DNA of 58,298 nucleotides from a virus (Duplodnaviria > Caudoviricetes). The notes beneath the pieces were generated by a model. It saw nothing but the letters and a program-made list of their open reading frames with translations, was not told the origin of the DNA and made no database searches. This document shows, one piece after another, positions 39,434 to 46,506 of this stretch (position 1 is the stretch's first letter; every line of letters begins with the position of its first letter). The DNA is taken from positions 1-58,298 of the IMG/VR virus record IMGVR_UViG_3300026333_000001. The stretch is one strand, 5' to 3'. The translations under genes and the position numbers were made by a program.

Positions 39434-39843
39434 GACGCGTCGCCCACCCGGTCGCGAAGCCAGGACTGGACCTGCTCGGTCGTGTGGACCTGGACCTCGT
39501 AGCCCTCCCAGTGGATCACCGAGCCGGGGATGTCACCTGCGTATGCGCTGGCGCGCAGTTCGTCGGCGAGCGCCTCACGACCGACCGCCTGATGTTCGGC
39601 GTACCGATCGACCTGGTCATCAAGGCCGAGCAGGTCAGGCATGGACGTGTGTAGCGCCACCGCAAGAGAGGCAAGCTCGGCGACTCGGATGGGCCGCTGC
39701 CCCTTCTCGGTGCGGAGCACCGTCGTTTGATGCCAGTCGTGACCGTGCTGCTGCATCCGCGCGGCCACGTCTCGCTGCGTGGCGCCGATCTCCTCGCGGC
39801 GAGCGTTGAGGCGATCTGCGACGAGGCGGTCGATGTCGGTCAT
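39430..39843 (-). CDS. XRE-family HTH protein
   Basis: RREEIGATQRDVAARM...WHQTTVLRTEKGQRPI. Confidence 0.85.
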   Translation of the reverse strand: MTDIDRLVADRLNARREEIGATQRDVAARMQQHGHDWHQTTVLRTEKGQRPIRVAELASLAVALHTSMPDLLGLDDQVDRYAEHQAVGREALADELRASAYAGDIPGSVIHWEGYEVQVHTTEQVQSWLRDRVGDAS

Positions 39844-40136
39844 GCCGTCCGCACCTCCCCGACCTGCTCCCACTCGCCGTCAACCAGATGCGCCGCGAAC
39901 GCGGGCAGGTAGCGGCGCGGGAAGGTGCGCAGGATCGTGCGTGCGTACAGGTCGTCTTCGCAGGTCCGCATGCCCGGCTCGTCCCAGCCGTCGGCCGGGG
40001 GGAACACCACCGCCCACTCGAAGCCGGGTGCGAAGGCGTTCGTGCCGTTGGCCTGCGCGCAGTGCGCGTTGGTGTCAGCGCATCGGGCGATCACCGAGGC
40101 AGGAAGCGGGCGGGCGTGGTCGGTGAGGCGGGTCAT
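39840..40136 (-). CDS. Hypothetical protein
   Basis: 98 aa coupled ORF. Confidence 0.6.
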   Translation of the reverse strand: MTRLTDHARPLPASVIARCADTNAHCAQANGTNAFAPGFEWAVVFPPADGWDEPGMRTCEDDLYARTILRTFPRRYLPAFAAHLVDGEWEQVGEVRTA

Positions 40137-40333
40137 CGCGTACCGCCCGCGGGCTGCCCGGCGGCGAGGACGTCGGACTCCCAGAAGCGACGGTGCCCGC
40201 CCGGGGTGCGGAACGCGGCCTTCAGTACGCCCGTGGTGTCCCAGCGGGCGACCGTCTTGACGTCCACCCGGTAGTAGGCGGCGACCTCACCCGAGGTCAT
40301 CACACGTCGCTGGCTGTCGATTAGGGTTGTCAC
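40133..40333 (-). CDS. BldC-like MerR/Xis-type DNA-binding protein
   Basis: MTSGEVAAYYRVDVKTVARW...G.L....RTPGGHRRF, closely resembling BldC (TPAEVA..FRVDPKTVTRW..G.L..IRTLGGHRRY). Confidence 0.85.
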   Translation of the reverse strand: MTTLIDSQRRVMTSGEVAAYYRVDVKTVARWDTTGVLKAAFRTPGGHRRFWESDVLAAGQPAGGTR

Positions 40334-40368
40334 TGGCCCTGCTCCTTCGGTGAGTTGTTGTGGGGCCT

Positions 40369-40403
40369 GAGGGTCCGTCCGGGTGCATCCGGTACGGGCC
40401 CTC
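40369..40403 (-). terminator. GC-rich hairpin after the excisionase gene
   Basis: GAGGGTCCGT-CCGG...CCGG-T-ACGGGCCCTC imperfect stem. Confidence 0.45.
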
Positions 40404-40407
40404 GCTG

Positions 40408-40644
40408 TTATCCGGTCGCGCGCAGGTCACGCGCGGAGCGGGTGCGCCGCTTGATGAAGGCGGTCACGGACGCCTCGGGCACGCGGGACTTGGATGCGCG
40501 TCCTGGCGTGGCGATGTCGGTGACGTCGAGTTCGCCGGCGGCGATGAGCGTGTAGACGTGGCCTCGGCTGCACCGCAGCCGTTCGGCCGCCTCGGGGATC
40601 GTGAGTACGTTGCAGGTGGCGTGCTTGGGCTGGGCGGCCATCAC
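40408..40644 (-). CDS. xis: Excisionase-like HTH_17 protein
   Basis: LTIPEAAERLRCSRGHVYTLIAAGEL....RVP..SV..FI. Confidence 0.75.
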   Translation of the reverse strand: MMAAQPKHATCNVLTIPEAAERLRCSRGHVYTLIAAGELDVTDIATPGRASKSRVPEASVTAFIKRRTRSARDLRATG

Positions 40645-41441
40645 GCGCCCCCGATCGCGAGCTGCACGCCGGGCATGGTCGGCGAGGAGACGAGACCAGC
40701 CGCGTGCAGTCGACGCCAGATCAGCGCCTCACCTCTCGGCGTGACGTACGTGGTCGACCGCTCCTCGGGCGCGCGGTCCGGGTTCACGTCCACGAGCCGG
40801 GTCTTGAGGTCGAAGTACTCGGGGATGTAGCGCGCGTACGGCTCGTTACGCCGCGAACCGCCACGGATGAGCAGCTTCTCCGCGAACAGGAACTCCCGAA
40901 ACGCCCGCTCCTTGATGCCGAACCGTTTGGCGACGGTGCCGACGAGCGCCATACCGTCGGCGTTCATGGTGCGGCGGGCGCGCGCGGCCTCCGGCTCCAG
41001 TTCGGCGATCTTCTCCTCGGCGGCCAGCGCGCGACGCTCGGCGGACATGGCCATGTCGAGGATCTGCATCCGTCCCTGCGACGTAGACATGTCGGGGAGC
41101 GCGGAGACGCCATACGAACCGGTGCGGCGGATCGCCGGCAGCACCTCGGCCGTGACCCACTCCTGGAACCGTTCGGCCAGCTCCGCATTGCTCCGCATGA
41201 TCAGCCGGTACATCCCGGCCTCGGAGATGACGGTCACGTCCTGGTCGCCGGAGGGGGTCGCGATCCGCGACGCCCCCTTGTGGTGGGCGGGGACGTGCTT
41301 GGCGAGTGCGTCGCGGGGGTTGGAGTAGCCGAGGGCAAGGGCGATATCCCGGCCGACGAACCACGGCTGGTCGTCCACGGTGACGGTGCGGACGTTCTGG
41401 CCGGTGGCCGGGAAGGCGAAGGGCGTGATCTCGGCGGCCAT
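40641..41441 (-). CDS. BRO-N / ANT(KilAC) antirepressor
   Basis: PWFVGRDIALALGYSNPRDA, ISEAGMYRLIMRS, FQEWVT.EVLP.IR.TG.Y; C-terminal TYVTPRG. Confidence 0.92.
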   Translation of the reverse strand: MAAEITPFAFPATGQNVRTVTVDDQPWFVGRDIALALGYSNPRDALAKHVPAHHKGASRIATPSGDQDVTVISEAGMYRLIMRSNAELAERFQEWVTAEVLPAIRRTGSYGVSALPDMSTSQGRMQILDMAMSAERRALAAEEKIAELEPEAARARRTMNADGMALVGTVAKRFGIKERAFREFLFAEKLLIRGGSRRNEPYARYIPEYFDLKTRLVDVNPDRAPEERSTTYVTPRGEALIWRRLHAAGLVSSPTMPGVQLAIGGA

Positions 41442-41722
41442 CAGGCGGACACCTCGTAATCGGCCACTTCGACGGGCTTGGGGGACGGGTCGGCGAGGAT
41501 CGCAACCTTGGAGACCTTCAGCACCCGTGCGATCGCGCCGATGAGCTGCGGACTTGCGCCCCTGGCGTTCGTCTCAACGTTGCGCAGGCTGTTCGGGTGG
41601 ATGGTGATCCTCTCCTGCTCGAAGAGGAGGTCGCACAGCTCCGCCACCGACAGTTCACTCCGCTTCCGGAGTGCCCGTATGGCGGGACCGTTCTGGTCCC
41701 GACTGGAGGTGCTCTGTGTCAT
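41441..41722 (-). CDS. Cro-like XRE protein
   Basis: IRALRKRSELSVAEL...SLRNVET; divergent from the repressor; leaderless start 6 nt after TAGTGT. Confidence 0.8.
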   Translation of the reverse strand: MTQSTSSRDQNGPAIRALRKRSELSVAELCDLLFEQERITIHPNSLRNVETNARGASPQLIGAIARVLKVSKVAILADPSPKPVEVADYEVSA

Positions 41723-41888
41723 ACGCCCACACTAAGGCGTGATCAGGCGTGAAACAAGCCTGTTCAGGTCTTTTCACGCATGACTATGCCTGACAATGCG
41801 GTGGCGGAAAGTCAGGGAAAGTCATGGCCGGTTGCCGTGAACCAAATCATGCCTGGACACGTCTAAACACGCCTGTCATGATGCGGAT
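41723..41888. promoter_or_regulatory. Immunity switch region (divergent promoters and operators)
   Basis: Divergent intergenic region with roughly 10-bp-phased degenerate repeats (AGGCGTGA x2, ATGCCTG x2, ACACGTCT/ACACGCCT, GGAAAGTCA x2). Confidence 0.7.
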
Positions 41889-42290
41889 GTGAGCAACACC
41901 GAGGGATGGCTCCGCCTCGCAGAGGTGGTGAAACGCCGACGTGCAGACCGTGCCTGGACCCAGCTCGATGTACACGTCCAGGGCGGTCCCTCAATCGACC
42001 GAATCCAAGCCATCGAGAGCGCACGCACCGACGGATACAGTTCGCACACCATCGCGAAACTGGAACGCGGACTGGAGTGGGAGACGGGAAGCGTCGCGGC
42101 GATCCTCGCAGGCGGCGAACCGACACCGACCGACAACCAGCCCACGCCGCCGGCCCGCGAGATGCAGCCGGAGATCGAGCAGTTGCAAGCCCGCCTAGAG
42201 GAAATGGACCGCAGGATCGCCGAGATGGAACGCAGGATCGGTCAGCAAGAGCACGTGCAGGACGGCCACCGGGGGCGCGACGCCGTCTGA
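41889..42290 (+). CDS. Immunity repressor (XRE HTH)
   Basis: W.RLAEVVKRRR...WTQ..V...GGPS...IQAIE......TIAKLERGLEW..GSV..IL.GG.P. Confidence 0.82.
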   Translation: MSNTEGWLRLAEVVKRRRADRAWTQLDVHVQGGPSIDRIQAIESARTDGYSSHTIAKLERGLEWETGSVAAILAGGEPTPTDNQPTPPAREMQPEIEQLQARLEEMDRRIAEMERRIGQQEHVQDGHRGRDAV

Positions 42291-42424
42291 CCCAGGGGTC
42301 ACCGAACCCTAACCGCTCGTCACGTGACATCACATATGTCCAGGTATGAGCATCGGTAGCCCCAATTCACGCGCGTGACCGCGCCACGCGCCGCGACCAC
42401 GATGTACCAAGGGGACGGGCGTGT

Positions 42425-43045
42425 ATGCCAGAGCCATCACACACCGGGGGCCAAGACCAAGACCTACCCGAGCTGTACCGAATGCTCGCCCACAGCAGGG
42501 CGAACACCCAGCGCATCGAGGAACTGATCGCCCGCAAGGAAGGGACCCCCACCGCGGAACTGCATCAGCGCCGCCGGCGCATCATGCGGATTGTGCCGTG
42601 GGCCTCGGCCGCGAACGTCGGCGCCGCCCGGCGCGGACTTCCCGCCAAGGTGAAGGCTGCAATGGGCGTGGGGGCCGTGGCCGGCATCGTCGCGGCGTTA
42701 ATGACCGTGGCCCAGTCCGGCGTCGACCGTCCACGGCGGCCGCACGCCGCGCCGCGGGCGAGCGTCCCGGCGATGGCGCCACCGTTCATCCCCGCCCCGC
42801 CCCGCGCGCACGCCCCGCCGCGACCGTCGCACAGCGCTGCACCGCCGCCGCCTGCCCCTTCCCGCCCGCCCGCGCGCGGGAAGGGGTCCGCATCGTCGGC
42901 GCACAACCCGCCGCCCGGGGGCGTGGATTCGCACGGGACCATAGCCTCGTACAGCACCCCCCGGCCGATGCACTCGACCAACCCGCGCTGCCTGCTCGCA
43001 TACCAGCGGCCCGTCAAAATGCGGCTGCTGTGCCGCGAGACCTAA
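42425..43045 (+). CDS. Pro-rich single-TM hypothetical protein between repressor and integrase
   Basis: Hydrophobic AAMGVGAVAGIVAALMTVA, Pro-rich linker, two C-terminal Cys; in-frame TTA at 42698. Confidence 0.5.
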   Translation: MPEPSHTGGQDQDLPELYRMLAHSRANTQRIEELIARKEGTPTAELHQRRRRIMRIVPWASAANVGAARRGLPAKVKAAMGVGAVAGIVAALMTVAQSGVDRPRRPHAAPRASVPAMAPPFIPAPPRAHAPPRPSHSAAPPPPAPSRPPARGKGSASSAHNPPPGGVDSHGTIASYSTPRPMHSTNPRCLLAYQRPVKMRLLCRET

Positions 43046-43069
43046 GATCCCCGAACCCGAACTCAGGAA

Positions 43070-44278
43070 GTGCCCGTGGCCTACATCCGCAAACTGCCGT
43101 CCGGGAAGTACCAGGCCACCGTCCGCATGCCGAACGGCCAGCGCATCACCGAGACCGACCCGCTGAAGAAGGTCGTCAAGAAATGGGCGACCGAGCAGGA
43201 GGCGCGGTTCAACCGCGGCGATCACCGCGACCCGCGCGCCGGCCTGATCAAGTTGGGGGAGTGGCGCCGCCGCGTCTCGGAGAACCGCAGCCTTGAGCTG
43301 ACCACGGTGGCGAAACTCGACACCCTGTGGCGCACCCACTGCGAGGCCCAGTGGGGGCAGTGGCCGATGGCCGCGGTCACGCGCATGGAGGCGCAGGAGT
43401 GGGCGAACCGGCTGCGTACCACACGGCGTGCCCGGCACAAGGGCCGGACCGTGCGCGACCAGGACGAGGACGTGCCGCTACTGAGCGCCGAGACGATTCA
43501 CGCGGCCGTCAACACCATGAGCAAGCTGTACGCCCTCGCGATGCGAGAGAGCCCGCCGCTGGTGGCCGCTAACCCGTTCACAGACCTGGACCTGCCGCCA
43601 ATCGAGCTGCAGCCGATCGAGTTCTATGAGCATGGGGAGGCGGAGCTGCTGTACGCCGCGGTCGAGCAGCGATCCGGCATCGAATGGCGGGCCGCGGTCG
43701 AGCTCGGCATGGACGTCGGGCTGCGGCCAGGTGAGATCTTCGGTCTGCACGCTCCGCTGGTCGACTGGCGCCGCCGGCTGGCGGGGGTGCGGCAGGTGAT
43801 GACCCGCTACGGGCTGCGGGACTACCCCAAGTCCCGCAAGAGCAACCGCACCGTGCCGGTTCCCGAGGCGACGATGGAGCGGATGTCGGTGGCGATGCGG
43901 GGCCGGGACGCGTTCGGGGTGTGCACGTGCCCGAAGGTGCTCGCCGACGGCAGCCGCCTACCCGGCCGGGGCCCGTGCCCGGCGCTGGTCTTCAGGGCGC
44001 CGGAGGGTGGCCCGATCGACGACGGCAACTTCCGCGACCGGGTGTGGAACCCCGCCGTGGAGAAGGCGGGCATCCGCCGGTTCCCGCCGCGGATCATGCG
44101 TCACACTGCGGCGTCGTGGCTCGTGCAGGACGGGGTGCCGCTCTATGATGTGCAGGCGCTGCTCGGCCACGAGTCATATGCGACCACGCAGCGGTACGCG
44201 AGTCTCGCGCCGGACGCCCACGACAAGGTGATCGAGTCGTGGCAGCGACGCACCCGACAAGATCTCTCCGGTTCTTGA
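43070..44278 (+). CDS. int: Tyrosine integrase
   Basis: GLRPGE, PKS, RIMRHT, LLGH, TQRY; N-terminal arm-binding domain. Confidence 0.96.
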   Translation: MPVAYIRKLPSGKYQATVRMPNGQRITETDPLKKVVKKWATEQEARFNRGDHRDPRAGLIKLGEWRRRVSENRSLELTTVAKLDTLWRTHCEAQWGQWPMAAVTRMEAQEWANRLRTTRRARHKGRTVRDQDEDVPLLSAETIHAAVNTMSKLYALAMRESPPLVAANPFTDLDLPPIELQPIEFYEHGEAELLYAAVEQRSGIEWRAAVELGMDVGLRPGEIFGLHAPLVDWRRRLAGVRQVMTRYGLRDYPKSRKSNRTVPVPEATMERMSVAMRGRDAFGVCTCPKVLADGSRLPGRGPCPALVFRAPEGGPIDDGNFRDRVWNPAVEKAGIRRFPPRIMRHTAASWLVQDGVPLYDVQALLGHESYATTQRYASLAPDAHDKVIESWQRRTRQDLSGS

Positions 44279-44504
44279 CGCACCGGTGACGCATGGACCA
44301 GAAAGGCCCGCTCCCGATGATCTCGGAAACGGGCCGTTGACCAGGAGGTGGGCCCGGGTGGACTTGAACCACCGACCTCATCCTTATCAGGGATGGAAGA
44401 GCCGCAGGTCAGGGGACCGACATGTCTCTGACCAGCCAGAATTTGTCCAAGAGTGTCAGGACAGTCCACCCGTGTTGGGTGGTCGTGACGCACGGGTGAC
44501 GCAC
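44276..44504 (+). repeat. Integrase arm-type sites flanking the att core
   Basis: TGACGCA(C/T) pairs at 44276/44287 and 44486/44497, both 11 bp apart. Confidence 0.75.
44347..44395 (-). other. attP: attP core: 3' half of tRNA-Ile(GAT)
   Basis: Minus strand CATCC-CTGATAA-GGATG-AGGTC-GGTGGTTCAAGTCCACC-CGGGCCCACC gives anticodon arm, T arm and acceptor 3' strand; no D arm or 5' half. Confidence 0.9.
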
Positions 44505-44652
44505 GATCATGAAACCCGCTGCCCGATCTGTGAGCAGCCGATCTGCTCCCTGAGGCACGTCTACGACCGGCTGACCGTCGAGCGGGCCGACGGGCTCGCG
44601 CGCGTCGTCTGCGGCGCGGACAACCTCAAATCGCCCACCAGCGTTCCGGGGG

Positions 44653-44847
44653 CTACTCGGCTGGTGGCCGCTTCGGGAGCGTGACGCCTTTCTCGCGCAG
44701 CCACCAGCGCCACAACCGGACGGTCAGCGCGGACAGGTCCCCGTGGCCCGAAGCCTTGGCGCTCTCACGGACGGCATCGGCGAGTTCCTTGGTCCCGCCG
44801 CGAACGCCGACGACGTGAGGGTTCTTGTGCCGGTCGCCGTCTGCCAT
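44653..44847 (-). CDS. Small ribbon-helix-helix-like repressor (Kor-like)
   Basis: HKNPHVVGVRG..KELADAVRE.A...G..DLSALTVRLWRWWLRE.G..LP.RP; divergent from the transfer operon. Confidence 0.7.
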   Translation of the reverse strand: MADGDRHKNPHVVGVRGGTKELADAVRESAKASGHGDLSALTVRLWRWWLREKGVTLPKRPPAE

Positions 44848-44863
44848 GCAACATCTCCCGAAA

Positions 44864-44922
44864 GTGGTTAACCACCCGGCTTGTGTGTGCATCGTATCAG
44901 GCGTACGCTAGTGGTTAACCAC
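44864..44922 (+). promoter_or_regulatory. Transfer-operon promoter bracketed by two 12-bp palindromic operators
   Basis: GTGGTTAACCAC at 44864-44875 and 44911-44922; TTGTGT(44881)-N17-TACGCT(44904) between them. Confidence 0.8.
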
Positions 44923-44942
44923 AAGAGGGCGAGGAGAACGCC

Positions 44943-45140
44943 ATGATCAGCGAATGCGACGAGGTCAACGAGCACACGCCGCGCGACAGCGGTTGGGGCG
45001 TGCTCGGCGGTCTCGCCGTCATGTTCGTCTGCGCCGTGATCGCGGGCGCCGCGGTCGTGTTCGCCGGACCCATCGTCGTGCACGCCATCACCGCTCTCGC
45101 CGCCGCCGCATGGCACGGCACCGCTCGGCTGCTGTCGTGA
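44943..45140 (+). CDS. Small membrane protein (Spd-like by position)
   Basis: 65 aa, long hydrophobic segment, AGGAG RBS. Confidence 0.65.
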   Translation: MISECDEVNEHTPRDSGWGVLGGLAVMFVCAVIAGAAVVFAGPIVVHAITALAAAAWHGTARLLS

Positions 45141-45325
45141 GGCACCCGCCCCCGCCCGAACGCCAGCGGATCTTCGACCGGGCATTCTGGCTCGACGCAG
45201 CGGTCCTCTTCGCCGCGTTCCTCATCGTCGCCGTGGGGACGGTCATCTCCGACCACCGTCCGCTGCATCTCAAAGTCCCCGTGACCAGCTCGACCACCAC
45301 GCCGAATGTGGCTGCCACGCCATAA
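45137..45325 (+). CDS. Small membrane protein
   Basis: GTGA overlap; FWLDAAVLFAAFLIVAVGTVI TM segment. Confidence 0.6.
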   Translation: MRHPPPPERQRIFDRAFWLDAAVLFAAFLIVAVGTVISDHRPLHLKVPVTSSTTTPNVAATP

Positions 45326-45358
45326 CCCGACCGGACCCAACTATCCAGAAGGAATCCC

Positions 45359-45637
45359 ATGAACAAGACGCAGTTCGTCGATGCCGTCGCTGAGCGCATC
45401 GGCGACAGGAAGGCCGACGGCGTGGCCGTCGACGCCGTCCTGGAGACCATCCGAGACACCGTGGCCGCCGGCGAGAAGGTCGCCCTCACCGGCTTCGGAT
45501 CGTTCGAGAGGGTCACCCGGCCCGCACGCGACGCCCGCAACCCGGCCACCGGCGCGACCATCCACGTCCCGGCGACGGCCGTGCCGAAGTTCAAGGCGGG
45601 TGCCGATTTCAAGGCGCGCGTCGCGGCGGGGGCATAG
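45359..45637 (+). CDS. hup: HU-family DNA-binding protein
   Basis: MNKTQFVDAVA...GEKVALTGFGSFE...AR..RNPATG..I.VPA..VPKFKAG..FK. Confidence 0.95.
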   Translation: MNKTQFVDAVAERIGDRKADGVAVDAVLETIRDTVAAGEKVALTGFGSFERVTRPARDARNPATGATIHVPATAVPKFKAGADFKARVAAGA

Positions 45638-45658
45638 CGCGTCGACCGCGCGAAAGAC

Positions 45659-45695
45659 GTCGCCCGGTCCGCGACCTAACCGCGGACCGGGCGGC
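45659..45695 (+). terminator. Strong hairpin between the HU and DUF2637 genes
   Basis: CGCCCGGTCCGCG-N7-CGCGGACCGGGCG. Confidence 0.65.
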
Positions 45696-45723
45696 TTGAT
45701 CGGACTACTGAGGAGTCCAACCC

Positions 45724-46506
45724 GTGACCGAACCTACCCACCCGGGCGAGGAGAGCCCCCGCACGGGCCGCCCCGTCACCGTGGCCGCCGCGGGCGCCGA
45801 CGAGGAGCCGGAGCGGTGGCCGGTGGATGCCGACCGGCTCGTCCGGTGGTCGACGATCGTCGTCGTCGTCCTCGTCGCGCTCGCCGCCGCCTATGTCTCC
45901 TACCGCCACGCGTACGAGCTCATCCACGACCACGGCGAGTCTGGTACGGCGGCGCGCATCGGCCCGGCCACGGTGGACGGGCTGATCTACGCGTCGGGGA
46001 TGGTGCTGTTGCAGGCCGCCCGCTACCGGCAGGCCGCGCCGCCTCTCGCGTACTTCGGGCTGTGGCTGGGGATCGCGGCGACCGTCGGCGCGAACGTGGC
46101 GCACGGATGGTCCCACGGCGTGCTCGGTGCGCTGGTCAGCGCGTGGCCCGCGGTGGCGCTGATCGTCTCCTACGAACTGCTGATGAAGATCATCCGTGTT
46201 GGAGCGGCACGCGGCGCCGAGCCCGGTCCGGACGAGCGGGCCGCCACCGGGGACGCCTGCCCGCACGGTGTGGCGGCGACGGTGCAGGAGGCCGTCGTCA
46301 ACGCGTGGCTGCACGCCCGTGACTGCCTCGGTGAGGAGCTATCGCAGCGCCAGCTCGCCACCGACTTTGATGTGAAGGACCGCAAGAAGATCAAGACGTG
46401 GCTCGATGCGGCGGCGCCGAAGACCGCACCAGTCGTGTTGGAGCCGCCCGCGGCGCCTTCAGCCCAGGAGGAAGCGCCAGCACTGAACGGTGGGCCGCCA
46501 GCATGA
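45724..46506 (+). CDS. DUF2637 / SpdA-like multi-pass membrane protein with C-terminal HTH-like segment
   Basis: AAYVSY.H...L...HGE......P..VDGLI..S...AT..ANVAHG...G..GA.VSAWP..ALI.SYELL. Confidence 0.85.
   Translation: MTEPTHPGEESPRTGRPVTVAAAGADEEPERWPVDADRLVRWSTIVVVVLVALAAAYVSYRHAYELIHDHGESGTAARIGPATVDGLIYASGMVLLQAARYRQAAPPLAYFGLWLGIAATVGANVAHGWSHGVLGALVSAWPAVALIVSYELLMKIIRVGAARGAEPGPDERAATGDACPHGVAATVQEAVVNAWLHARDCLGEELSQRQLATDFDVKDRKKIKTWLDAAAPKTAPVVLEPPAAPSAQEEAPALNGGPPA

Noticed and set aside
44347-44395. Functional tRNA-Ile gene
   Set aside because: Only the anticodon arm to the 3' end is present; no D arm or 5' acceptor strand. It is the attP core.
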